From positions 1 to 64,000 of the IMG/VR virus record IMGVR_UViG_2974601178_000001: a stretch of DNA of 64,000 nt, one strand, 5' to 3'. The position numbers and the translations under genes are program-made. Positions within the stretch are counted from its first letter, which is position 1, and every line of letters begins with the position of its first letter. Source of the DNA: a virus (taxonomy: Duplodnaviria > Caudoviricetes). Of the stretch, positions 1 through 8,809 are shown one piece after another. Under the pieces are notes generated by a model that made no database searches, was not told the DNA's origin, and saw nothing but the letters and a program-made list of their open reading frames with translations.

Positions 1-544
1 TAGGTATACCTAATAGCTTTCTTCGGTCACTTATAGAGGAAGTGGATATACTGATCGCGTTAGATAGGTCTTTATCAGACATAGTACCTAGTAGACTATC
101 ATGATCTGTCCAATCGAACTTATTAGCTTTTACGTAGGAAGGTATTCCTGCCCCTTTTCTTCTACTGGAGACTATATCAATACTTGTACTTGTCTTTTCT
201 GCTACAACTCTATCGGGATACTTTCCTAAAAGTTTATTCCATTCATCTTCCCATTTAACTTTAGTTGCACCATCCCCACCTAATGTGATGTTGTAACCGT
301 TAGGTGACACAGTGTTGAATTTTTCTATAGCCTTCACTTCTAATTCATCTATATACTTATCTTCTCCACAAACCAGTAATTCAAATGTAAAATTATCAGC
401 TCCATATTTATTAATTGCACTTTTAAGGACACTACAGTTAGTATTCATCCTTCTGTGTTGTGACCACCTTCTTTCAGGGTCTATAGTAACGCCTATGTAC
501 ATTTTATTATTTAAGGTGTTGGTAATCTTATACAACCACTTCAA
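1..544 (-). CDS. GIY-YIG homing endonuclease (partial, runs off the window; absent from the ORF track)
   Basis: Manual translation from TTG at 544 (SD TAGGAG): MKWLYKITNTLNNKMYIGVTIDPERRWSQH...ELEVKAIEKFNTVSPNGYNITLGG; LY-YIG, R, E and GYN motifs. Confidence 0.9.
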   Translation of the reverse strand, partial: MKWLYKITNTLNNKMYIGVTIDPERRWSQHRRMNTNCSVLKSAINKYGADNFTFELLVCGEDKYIDELEVKAIEKFNTVSPNGYNITLGGDGATKVKWEDEWNKLLGKYPDRVVAEKTSTSIDIVSSRRKGAGIPSYVKANKFDWTDHDSLLGTMSDKDLSNAISISTSSISDRRKLLGIP

Positions 545-605
545 AACTAAAAATCTCCTAAAATTATCACCATTTACCCAATACTACCACACCCCTCCCA
601 CAATG

Positions 606-1043
606 TCAACACCTCCACTTGCAAACCACCTTACGCCAAATAGCAGCTACTCTCACAAAGGTATAATTTACAAAAGTTTTCCCTTTACAAAGTCCACACT
701 CTTTCATCACTTGTTTATAATATTTATGAATTGTCACTTTGTCATAACCGTCTAATCCGTGAGAATGTCTATACATTTGGCGTAAAACGTCTAACACTAA
801 GCTTGGCAAGTACATCACACTTTCACCATGAACAGTGATTTCCTCTTTACCAGTGCAATTCCACACATTCCAACTGTACCCTTTATAAATAATCAACTTA
901 CCAGAAGGGTGTATTTCTGCTAACAATGTATTCCTTTCTGCACAACCCCTTGCGTAGATGTAATGTGGTGTGCCGCTGTAGGGAGGAGTTTTAAAGGTGA
1001 TTTCGCAGTAGGTGGTGTAATCGTATAAGTTTCCATTTTTCAT
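606..1043 (-). CDS. hypothetical protein, DUF1353-like
   Basis: IYKGYSWN...PSLVLDVLRQ resembles the GY.WDG...SL.HD.LYQ pattern; has its own sigma70 promoter. Confidence 0.5.
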   Translation of the reverse strand: MKNGNLYDYTTYCEITFKTPPYSGTPHYIYARGCAERNTLLAEIHPSGKLIIYKGYSWNVWNCTGKEEITVHGESVMYLPSLVLDVLRQMYRHSHGLDGYDKVTIHKYYKQVMKECGLCKGKTFVNYTFVRVAAIWRKVVCKWRC

Positions 1044-1079
1044 AGCTCTACGGCCTTAATAGAAGGGTTATTTGTAATA

Positions 1080-1108
1080 ATTATATGCTTGTTGTAAATG
1101 GTTGTCAA
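1080..1108 (-). promoter_or_regulatory. sigma70 promoter TTGACA-17-TATAAT
   Basis: Perfect consensus upstream of 606..1043. Confidence 0.85.
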
Positions 1109-1120
1109 ATTTCAGGCAAG

Positions 1121-1155
1121 AAAAAGCCCCAGCCGAGGAGAGGCGACTGAGGCTT
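1121..1155 (-). terminator. intrinsic terminator with CCUCUCCU loop
   Basis: AAGCCTCAGTCG/CGGCTGGGGCTT stem followed by a T-run on the minus strand. Confidence 0.8.
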
Positions 1156-1265
1156 GGAGTTTCCTCAAAAGAGGAGTTCCCTTTTAAAGGGATGCACCAT
1201 AAGGTATGATGCGAGGAGAGATCTTGAGGAAAGATCAATTTTTATTATTGTTATTGGAATTTTTG

Positions 1266-1772
1266 TTAATTTACAGAAGGTTCATCATTGTCAAATTGGA
1301 TATCTAAATAAGGGGCGAACTCTTCTTCAATCTCTTCATCTTCTAAATTAGAATTAGCCTTCTCTTGAGCAAGTTTAAGTTTACGCTCTGCCTCTGCTAA
1401 AGCTTTCTGTTCCTTTTCAAAAGCATTATTATTATCCAATACTTTAGACACCACTGTTAACTGTGTGTTCTCTTTGTACTTAGTTGGATTATATGCTGGA
1501 ACATACTCATTTAGGAACATAGGATTATCTTTAGAAGGTTTCTTAGATGCATCAAAATTAGGGTTCTGAACTTGTACAATATTAGCTTTACCTATGTTAG
1601 CAGGATCAGTACTTTCATCAATATCTAAAACAAGTCTTTCTAAAATGTCCATACTCTTTCCAGAAAGTTTTGCCATACGTTTTTGTACACGTACATAAGC
1701 AATCTGATGAGCATTCTTCATTTGATCTTCTAATAAAGGAGCACCACCTTTGTTGGTTTTATCATCTGCCAT
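1266..1772 (-). CDS. hypothetical protein, possible terminase small subunit
   Basis: NKGGAP N-terminus, helical core, acidic tail, position downstream of tRNAs; function is inference. Confidence 0.35.
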   Translation of the reverse strand: MADDKTNKGGAPLLEDQMKNAHQIAYVRVQKRMAKLSGKSMDILERLVLDIDESTDPANIGKANIVQVQNPNFDASKKPSKDNPMFLNEYVPAYNPTKYKENTQLTVVSKVLDNNNAFEKEQKALAEAERKLKLAQEKANSNLEDEEIEEEFAPYLDIQFDNDEPSVN

Positions 1773-1786
1773 AATAGGGTCACCTT

Positions 1787-2068
1787 TTAATAATCTGCAC
1801 TTCTGTCAATATTAACTTCAATCAAAGTAGCAATCTCTTCCATCAAATCATATTCACTTTCATGAATACCTTCATATTCAGAATAATCACTACCTGTTGA
1901 AGATTGACAACGTGAGCACATATCTTCTTCTACTATTGGATAATTACCATTGCTACCATCTAATGTGATCTTAGTGACTTTATTCGGATTAGTTTTATGT
2001 GGGACTACTATTTTCTTGAATTGTCTGGTGCGTGGTAATTCTTTGTTGCAGCTTACACATCTACACAT
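1787..2068 (-). CDS. hypothetical protein with two CxxC pairs
   Basis: CVSC...CSRC; SD GAGG. Confidence 0.6.
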   Translation of the reverse strand: MCRCVSCNKELPRTRQFKKIVVPHKTNPNKVTKITLDGSNGNYPIVEEDMCSRCQSSTGSDYSEYEGIHESEYDLMEEIATLIEVNIDRSADY

Positions 2069-2228
2069 GGAATACCTCTTGAATTTGGAAGGCTGTTAAA
2101 ACAGCTCTTATTATTGTAAAATATATTAATAAAGAGCACAAGGCTCTTGAGGAGGTCTATTATGAAAATAGTATTATGAAGATTAAAGAATGGATGTTCT
2201 TTATTAATATATCTCTGTTTATGTTGTA

Positions 2229-2258
2229 ATTATAACACTTTGTTTAAGGGTGTGTCAA
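2229..2258 (-). promoter_or_regulatory. sigma70 promoter TTGACA-18-TATAAT
   Basis: Consensus hexamers upstream of 1787..2068. Confidence 0.7.
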
Positions 2259-2259
2259 A

Positions 2260-2333
2260 TGGATGCCTTCGGTTGGAATTGAACCAACATATCCTCATTA
2301 AAAGTAAGTCGCTTACTAGTTAGCTACGAAGGC
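2260..2333 (-). tRNA. tRNA-Lys(UUU), atypical or possibly degenerate
   Basis: GCCTTCG/CGAAGGC acceptor, T arm GTTGG-TTCAATT-CCAAC, loop CTTTTAA; D-loop lacks GG; extra nucleotide before CCA. Confidence 0.65.
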
Positions 2334-2334
2334 T

Positions 2335-2411
2335 TGGCACAAGAGGTAAGATTCGAACTTACAACCGTCTCCTTAGAAGGGAGATGAACTATCCAATTGT
2401 TCTACTCTTGC
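2335..2411 (-). tRNA. tRNA-Arg(UCU)
   Basis: Full cloverleaf GCAAGAG...TCTCC-CTTCTAA-GGAGA...GTAAG-TTCGAAT-CTTAC-CTCTTGT-G-CCA. Confidence 0.95.
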
Positions 2412-2627
2412 TAAAAATAAATAACCCTGTTCAAGCAGCGAAACTTGTGCAGATCGGGTTAGCTTCTGCATACTAGACACCTGATGCCAATAAAGACAAC
2501 GGTTTCCTAAGGTATTCTCTATGTAACCAAATTCACTCCCTTTTACAGAAGTAACCACTTTTAGTTTCATTATAATAAATTTAGGTGAAGAGTCAATTCC
2601 TGCTGCACAATCCACCTCATATTTACA

Positions 2628-2655
2628 AGTATACACTAATTTGAAGTGTTGTCAA
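2628..2655 (-). promoter_or_regulatory. sigma70 promoter for the tRNA transcript
   Basis: TTGACA-16-TATACT. Confidence 0.65.
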
Positions 2656-2691
2656 CTACCCTAAGTTTAAACATCATTAGTTTAACTATCT

Positions 2692-3408
2692 TTAATTAAT
2701 TAAGCTTTCAACAAATGCTTGTTCCTTTTCATCATTCCATTTCACATTGGCAAGTAACCATTGTACATAAGAAAGATCCTCTTGCACCAAATCAACCCAC
2801 TTCTTACCTTGGTCTTTATACTTGTTGAAATCACACACTTCAATATTATTAACCTTTGGTGCAATTAGTGCATACGCTTCATCAACAGTGAGGTTATACT
2901 TTTCCAATATTGCAACCAATATGTTCGCTGTCATCAAAACATCGGACAAAGAATCGTGTGCCTTCTCAATAAACTCTTTACCAAAAGGGTCTTTATAGCA
3001 ACCCAGATAATAAAATAAAGTGGTATTCTTATGATCACCAGATTCACCTTTTGGTATAAGTTTCCTAGCTAGCTTCAAAGTGCATAACAATTTCACATCA
3101 TCAGGAATAAACCCTTCTGGAAAGAACTTTTCATCAAATGACATATTGTGGCAAACCACGTACTTTGTTGAAGGGTGAATTTTAAACTTAGGTAATACTT
3201 CATCAATAGTATGTTTATCTGCCACCATTTCATTTGTGATACCTGTGATACCCATTGCACCCCATGTAATATCCTTTTCTGGGTTGATGTAACTACTTTT
3301 GCATGTACTTTTGATAAGTTGGTATTTCTTATCTAATCGACATTTACCAATTTGAGTTGCTTTTGGATCGCCTAATCCTGTTGCCTCAAAATCAAATACT
3401 TCTATCAT
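2692..3408 (-). CDS. DEDDh 3'-5' exonuclease (ExoX/DnaQ-like)
   Basis: VFDFEATG, VCHNMSFD, AHDSLSDV motifs; C-terminal F.KY...Y.QWL module. Confidence 0.9.
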   Translation of the reverse strand: MIEVFDFEATGLGDPKATQIGKCRLDKKYQLIKSTCKSSYINPEKDITWGAMGITGITNEMVADKHTIDEVLPKFKIHPSTKYVVCHNMSFDEKFFPEGFIPDDVKLLCTLKLARKLIPKGESGDHKNTTLFYYLGCYKDPFGKEFIEKAHDSLSDVLMTANILVAILEKYNLTVDEAYALIAPKVNNIEVCDFNKYKDQGKKWVDLVQEDLSYVQWLLANVKWNDEKEQAFVESLIN

Positions 3409-3616
3409 GTTTTCTCCTCTTTAATTGTTTTAAATAATCTTCTGCACCTTTAAACCATTCTACATTAAGGGTTTCTTCATCAGAATACTCTCCTGAATAA
3501 TATAATTCCCAATTAAGAGTTTTTATTCCCGTGGTATCATCCTCAAAGAAACTCCCTTGTTCAATGTAGTCTTCTGCCCAAAGCAACCCTTCCATCCAAT
3601 CTGATCTCTTTTTCAT
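3392..3616 (-). CDS. hypothetical protein
   Basis: Likely start MKKRSDW overlapping the upstream stop. Confidence 0.6.
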   Translation of the reverse strand: MKKRSDWMEGLLWAEDYIEQGSFFEDDTTGIKTLNWELYYSGEYSDEETLNVEWFKGAEDYLKQLKRRKHDRSI

Positions 3617-4092
3617 AAAAATAATACTCCTGATAACACAATAACACCTGCCAACAACCATCCAATTAATTTAGCATCATTATCCATTTGTTTAAGGTTG
3701 TTTTTCCTACGTTGATAATCTTTCTCAACAAGGTTCTCCTTTTCAAAAGACACTTTATCAAGTTGTTCACCTAATTCAGAAAGTTTCTTCTGATAATAAG
3801 AGGAAATTTCAAATTCTACGGAAGTGGTTTTCTGTTCCAAAAGAACATTTACAAATTTATCCAATTCAGGAGTAAAATTTATATAAGATGAGATATCACT
3901 TTCACAATCATGAAATTCGATAATAGGAGTCCTAGTGTAATTGATATAATCTTCTAAAAAGGTTTTATCCCCTTGTTGTGCCACATAAGGCTGCCTGCTA
4001 AGGAAACTCATATCCGCATATTCGATATCAGTAAGCATTGGATAGACTTGAGCATCATCTTTGTTTATACTGAACACTTGTACTGGTTTCAT
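3613..4092 (-). CDS. hypothetical protein with C-terminal transmembrane helix
   Basis: Coupled ORF with hydrophobic C-terminus. Confidence 0.7.
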   Translation of the reverse strand: MKPVQVFSINKDDAQVYPMLTDIEYADMSFLSRQPYVAQQGDKTFLEDYINYTRTPIIEFHDCESDISSYINFTPELDKFVNVLLEQKTTSVEFEISSYYQKKLSELGEQLDKVSFEKENLVEKDYQRRKNNLKQMDNDAKLIGWLLAGVIVLSGVLFL

Positions 4093-4613
4093 AAATTCTC
4101 CTTTAAGTAGTCATCTAATGTTGTCAACGACATATCATTACAATCTACACCTTCTGGTAAAATTACAGATTTATCGCAAACTTTAGATAACATTTTACCT
4201 GCTTTATCCCCATCGCACAAGGCAATAGTTTTACAAGGTAGTGTTCTGAACCAAACTTTGAGGTTTTGTGGGTTATTAGATAGAACTGCTACACAGCGTC
4301 TGCCTGTATTAATAACACTTATCGCATCCCAAACTCCTTCCACAACAAATAAATCTTCTGTTGAAGTTAAATCGTTACAATCAACTCCCCAACAGGAAAG
4401 TATATTCTTATCACGGTAAGTGTAGTATTTTCCTTTATCAGAGTTATTCCTTAATTTATCAGCCCTCCAATCATACCTCTGATAACCTACTAGTTTGCCA
4501 TTAGTTGTCCACAAAGGAAAGGTGATTATTTGATTTTCACTATCTACAAAACAGTTAACCCTTTGTTTGCAGAAGCCACCACCTCTTTCTTGGATATGTT
4601 CATGGAATGTCAT
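4089..4613 (-). CDS. Toprim-domain (primase-like) protein
   Basis: FVVEGVWDA, LCDGDKAG and DCND motifs. Confidence 0.85.
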   Translation of the reverse strand: MTFHEHIQERGGGFCKQRVNCFVDSENQIITFPLWTTNGKLVGYQRYDWRADKLRNNSDKGKYYTYRDKNILSCWGVDCNDLTSTEDLFVVEGVWDAISVINTGRRCVAVLSNNPQNLKVWFRTLPCKTIALCDGDKAGKMLSKVCDKSVILPEGVDCNDMSLTTLDDYLKENL

Positions 4614-5737
4614 ACTTCCTCCCTCCAATATTCATAAACTTCATCCCCTTGGCACACAATAACAACTTCAACTTTAAGTTTATCTACGTACTGTGTAGTC
4701 CCTTGGCAAATCACCTTTTCCAAAAACTTCAATCTCACATTATTAAACCTTTTGCAGAAATTTATAATATCTTCTTCTGAAAGTTTATAGTTTTCGAAAA
4801 TGTAATCCTTCAAGGCACATTCTTCTTTTTCCAAACGTAACCTGTAGTAGGACGGTACTCTCTGTAAGCAAGTGTAAGCTCTTCTAAAGCAGCTACCTTT
4901 CCGATGACACCTGATACCTCTAAAAACAAACGAGATTGCGTTAAAAGGGGTTTATTTTCGATAATTGAATCTTGTTTCATGATAAGTCCTCTTTGTAACT
5001 AACACTTTTCAATAGTTCAGGCGACCAATTCACAAATGAACAACCATTACGGCATTTAACACTTCCGCTTGGTAGGAAACCTTCTACAGTAAGTAATCTT
5101 CCGTCAGGATCAACTACCACTTGATACTCTGATAATAGGTGACCGTTCATATCTTTCTTCATTTCATTTCTCCTAAAGGTAACCCTTTCACGAAGTCTAA
5201 ATCTTTTTCCCACGCTTCTACAATCTCGTGGGTACCTTCTCCATATTCTAAAGTGTACTTGAAATTAATTCCTAAGTTTGTTTCATAAGATTGTCTTTTT
5301 ATAATAACACCTGTCGTGATGATATTAAACACTTGTACCTTAACTTTTTGATTAAAGGAGTATTTGAAAGTGTTACTCTTACCATACTCATACAAATTAG
5401 ACTCTTCTGGGAAATGTCGAATACAACTACTATCTAATCTATTAGTGGGGAGGGTATACTTTGGGTTAAAGGGTTGCCCACTAAATGTAGCAATCTTAAA
5501 AGCATCTGAACGATTATGGAAGTGTCCAGATTCATCAACAAAACCTTGACCATTATCACCAAGTTCCTTTTTAGCTTTAAAAGTGCATCCGAATTCTTCA
5601 CGAAGTAAATGATAAACACCTTGCATATTTCTTCCCATATGACAGCAATCTACCAATGTAACATCTTGTAAATAGTTACCGTTTTTGTCATAAACCTCGA
5701 AAACATTTGCCGCTGCAGATATCATTTTCTTAAACAT
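4610..5737 (-). CDS. run of hypothetical proteins (4610..4834, 4810..4980, 4977..5213, 5159..5737)
   Basis: Overlapping start/stop coupling and SD motifs. Confidence 0.6.
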
Positions 5738-5875
5738 TATAATTTCTCCTCATAATTAGCTTTCCCAGAAACGAGAAAACCTTCAATAGAGGTGATTCTA
5801 CTGAAGGTTTAGTGTTGTGTCAAGGGTTACTTATTATAAAGTGATATTTTACTCTTTATTAAAAATGCCCGTTAT

Positions 5876-7033
5876 TTAAAGTGTTTCACTGAATACATGT
5901 GGTAGGTTTAAATCAAAACATATAGTTTTAAACAAGGGGATTAAATCTGCGAACTCCGTATCACTACCTTCTCTGAAAGGCTCATCACCATCTTCTTTAC
6001 TAACAATTAATATATCGTCTAACCAAGTACCTTTATCGTAATATTTACAACCTTTCTTTATTTTTATAAATCCTGTACTTAGAAGCATATTTACGCACCT
6101 ATGCATTACCGCAGCCCTTGATTCTCTAGGTAATCTTACTGATTGATGTTCATTGAGATGGATTAGTAGGTTATAAATATGGTCGTAATGAGCAGGAGAT
6201 ACTCTTTTTAAACCTAAAGACTGCTTTATCTTCTCCATGTGGTAATCTTTAAATTTAACACAGGGCTTATTAAAACTTAAGGTTTTTACAGTTTTGTAAA
6301 ACTCGTACTCCAATTCTGAATAGTTTGAATCATTACTTACCTCTTTTACTATATTCTGTTTTATTTTCTCTACATCCCTGTATCTGACGGGATTGTTGAA
6401 CCTTCCTATATGTTCGGTATTACAAGGTATAGTTTTGCTAGAAATTCTTTCTTCTCCTCCTACAACCCCTTGACATAAGTCTCTTCTTTTTAGAACCTTT
6501 TCCTTACCTATAGTACTTATATCTACCTCTGTGAATATTATAGATGTAGTGTTATAGTTTAATTTGTATTTACTTATTAAAGATCTAACCCTATTGTAAG
6601 TAAATGTACTATTCTTATTATAGTACTCTTTACTTCCTAAAGGAATAAGTATTTTATTGTAACCGTAGTAATTTAAGGTTCTGAAGTAATCCAATGGTTC
6701 ATGGTGGATGTGTTTAGGTATAATTAGAAACCTACCTTTCCAGTCTGATATTAATTTCTTTGCACTTTCTACACCTCGGGCATTTTTATGTAAGCTATAC
6801 ATAAATCTTTGCGCTGTTATCATTTTATATTTGAACTTTCCACTAACAAACTTTGGCAGTAGTCTATGAGCAATGCAGTGCTCTCTTATAGTTAATTTCA
6901 CCAGATTATTATCTTCATCACCTCCTCCCATAGATCTTGGTATAATATGGTGTATCTCATATCCTGCTTCTCTAGTTAGATCTCTGCTCTTCCTAGAATA
7001 GCATAACCTTTCATATATTTTCTTATAGTTAAT
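5876..7033 (-). CDS. HNH endonuclease (MobE-like N-terminus), probable ATT start
   Basis: In-frame extension (I)NYKKIYERLCYSRK...YEIHHIIPRSMGGGDEDNNLVKLTIREHCIAH; SD AAGGGG before ATT at 7033. Confidence 0.85.
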   Translation of the reverse strand: MNYKKIYERLCYSRKSRDLTREAGYEIHHIIPRSMGGGDEDNNLVKLTIREHCIAHRLLPKFVSGKFKYKMITAQRFMYSLHKNARGVESAKKLISDWKGRFLIIPKHIHHEPLDYFRTLNYYGYNKILIPLGSKEYYNKNSTFTYNRVRSLISKYKLNYNTTSIIFTEVDISTIGKEKVLKRRDLCQGVVGGEERISSKTIPCNTEHIGRFNNPVRYRDVEKIKQNIVKEVSNDSNYSELEYEFYKTVKTLSFNKPCVKFKDYHMEKIKQSLGLKRVSPAHYDHIYNLLIHLNEHQSVRLPRESRAAVMHRCVNMLLSTGFIKIKKGCKYYDKGTWLDDILIVSKEDGDEPFREGSDTEFADLIPLFKTICFDLNLPHVFSETL

Positions 7034-7048
7034 AGTAATACCCCTTTA

Positions 7049-8329
7049 TTAAAATTCTATATCGTAAAAACAATTATCTCGTTTACCTAAAACACTTTCC
7101 CATGCTTCTCTCATAATATTAATTAGTAAGTCTCTATCACCCACCTGAACAACAAAACTATCATGCCAAGGAAGTATACATTTACCAAGTTTTATAAACT
7201 TATCAATAATGAAGGATGCAATTTCAGAATCATAGTGCTGCAACACTGCCCATAGTTTCTCTTTCCCAAACCAATGAGATATTTCCTTATTCTTCTCAAG
7301 AAGTCTTTCGAATATCTTATTTACTGAACCCTTAGGTAACTTTAAACTCGGTATTACCTTATTTTCCTTAGTTTTATCATCGCAGAAATATTTAAACAAA
7401 GCTGATTTAGCTTTACCTGTGGTCTCACAGTTAAGTAAGCACATAAGAGCAAACTTGCTTAATGTTCTTGATTCCTTTCTACAACCTCCTGTGATGTCTG
7501 AAATATCCGTGTATGGTTCCCAATTCATAGGTTTTTTAATACCATCCAACTCCATTAATATTCTAGGGTGCATTTGCCTGAAATCTACTTCTGTGGTCTT
7601 AACTCCATTTATCGTTATAAAAGGTCTTAGTAAAGAGCTGGTTGTTTGAAAAGAACCGTGGCTATACCAACGACCATGTAGATCAAATAGATCAGTGAAT
7701 ACTCTTTTATATACAGCAGAAACTCGATGGGACTTACACCTTATATCAAACTTCAAAAGCATCTCATTGTACTTCTTTACTAACTCTCTTTTATTTTTAA
7801 TACCTTTAAGTTTACTGAGTTCTGTTATTATTTCCTTTGTTTTAGAATCTTTTAATTCTACATAAGTTTCTATAGGTAAAGGTCTCCCTACCTTATCTAT
7901 ATTAATTCTATCAAACAAAAGTCTTAATTTATCGTTTATAATAAAACAGCTTTTTAAGCTTAAACTCTCGCTGTGGTCATAAAACCCTTTGTAAAGAGTT
8001 ATGTAACCTAAGTCATCAAGCTTATCGATTATACGTTTACACTTAACGTAACTGATCTTGCTGTTATTTAATTTATTGGCTTTTGTGTAGTCCTCTTTCC
8101 TCATAGAGAATATACTACCAGATAAATTATTCTTTATAGGGCTTACTGCAGCAGTTATAAAAACCCACAATTCCTTTTTGTGATTACTAGGGAAATACTT
8201 ACTCAATTCATTATGGACGGGTTTAAGTTTATTGTCTTGAGTAAATCCTATATAGAATGGGTCACATCCTATCGTTATTAATGTTCTCTCCTCTATTGAG
8301 AGATCTTTTAAGTTTATCATTACATTCAC
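7049..8329 (-). CDS. compact superfamily-A (PolA/T7 RNAP-fold) polymerase-like protein
   Basis: GRWY, EVDFRQMHPRIL (motif A-like), RTLSK (motif B-like), PWHDSF (motif C-like). Confidence 0.7.
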   Translation of the reverse strand: MNVMINLKDLSIEERTLITIGCDPFYIGFTQDNKLKPVHNELSKYFPSNHKKELWVFITAAVSPIKNNLSGSIFSMRKEDYTKANKLNNSKISYVKCKRIIDKLDDLGYITLYKGFYDHSESLSLKSCFIINDKLRLLFDRINIDKVGRPLPIETYVELKDSKTKEIITELSKLKGIKNKRELVKKYNEMLLKFDIRCKSHRVSAVYKRVFTDLFDLHGRWYSHGSFQTTSSLLRPFITINGVKTTEVDFRQMHPRILMELDGIKKPMNWEPYTDISDITGGCRKESRTLSKFALMCLLNCETTGKAKSALFKYFCDDKTKENKVIPSLKLPKGSVNKIFERLLEKNKEISHWFGKEKLWAVLQHYDSEIASFIIDKFIKLGKCILPWHDSFVVQVGDRDLLINIMREAWESVLGKRDNCFYDIEF

Positions 8330-8462
8330 CTTCGTTATTTAGGTTTATATTGTTAATCATAATGTAATTCACACATGCTAGTATAAAACTAGGTCTAGAT
8401 CTATAACCTCTATATTTATCGATATACTCCAATAATGGACGAGGTATTATAAGTTTAAGCAT
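8262..8462 (-). CDS. ribbon-helix-helix (CopG-like) protein
   Basis: LKLIIPRPLLEYID...SRPSFILACV strand-helix-helix pattern. Confidence 0.6.
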   Translation of the reverse strand: MLKLIIPRPLLEYIDKYRGYRSRPSFILACVNYIMINNINLNNEGECNDKLKRSLNRGENINNDRM

Positions 8463-8566
8463 AGTAATAATCCTATGTAATTATAGACAGAGTATCATAT
8501 GGTTCGCTAAGAGGAAATTTAGACTTATAAAACTCCTCTACAGCCCATACCATACAAGGGTTTAGC

Positions 8567-8809
8567 TCAGTCTATGAAATTCTCGAAGGTCGGATCGGTT
8601 GAGCAAATAATAGACAAATTACCCCCTAAACATTTTATAACATCTTCTATCACATTAACACTCACAGATGTACCATCTCTTTTTAAAATAGACACTAATT
8701 GTGACCTGTGAAATGCTCCTTCCCCTTTATCTAATATCTGGTCATATGTTAGATTTTTATCCTTTTTCAAAGTTATAACTATATTACAAAGTTGCGTTTT
8801 GATACTCAT
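8567..8809 (-). CDS. XRE-like HTH protein
   Basis: LKKDKNLTYDQI...RSQLVSIL...VSVNVIEDVIKCLG. Confidence 0.6.
   Translation of the reverse strand: MSIKTQLCNIVITLKKDKNLTYDQILDKGEGAFHRSQLVSILKRDGTSVSVNVIEDVIKCLGGNLSIICSTDPTFENFID

Noticed and set aside
312-755. Plus-strand 147-aa ORF and many other antisense ORFs in the track (e.g. 10225..10623, 19971..20501, 40214..40579)
   Set aside because: Shadows of well-supported genes on the opposite strand; no SD or motifs.
2373-2636. 87-aa ORF
   Set aside because: Starts inside a promoter and runs into tRNA-Arg; more likely non-coding.
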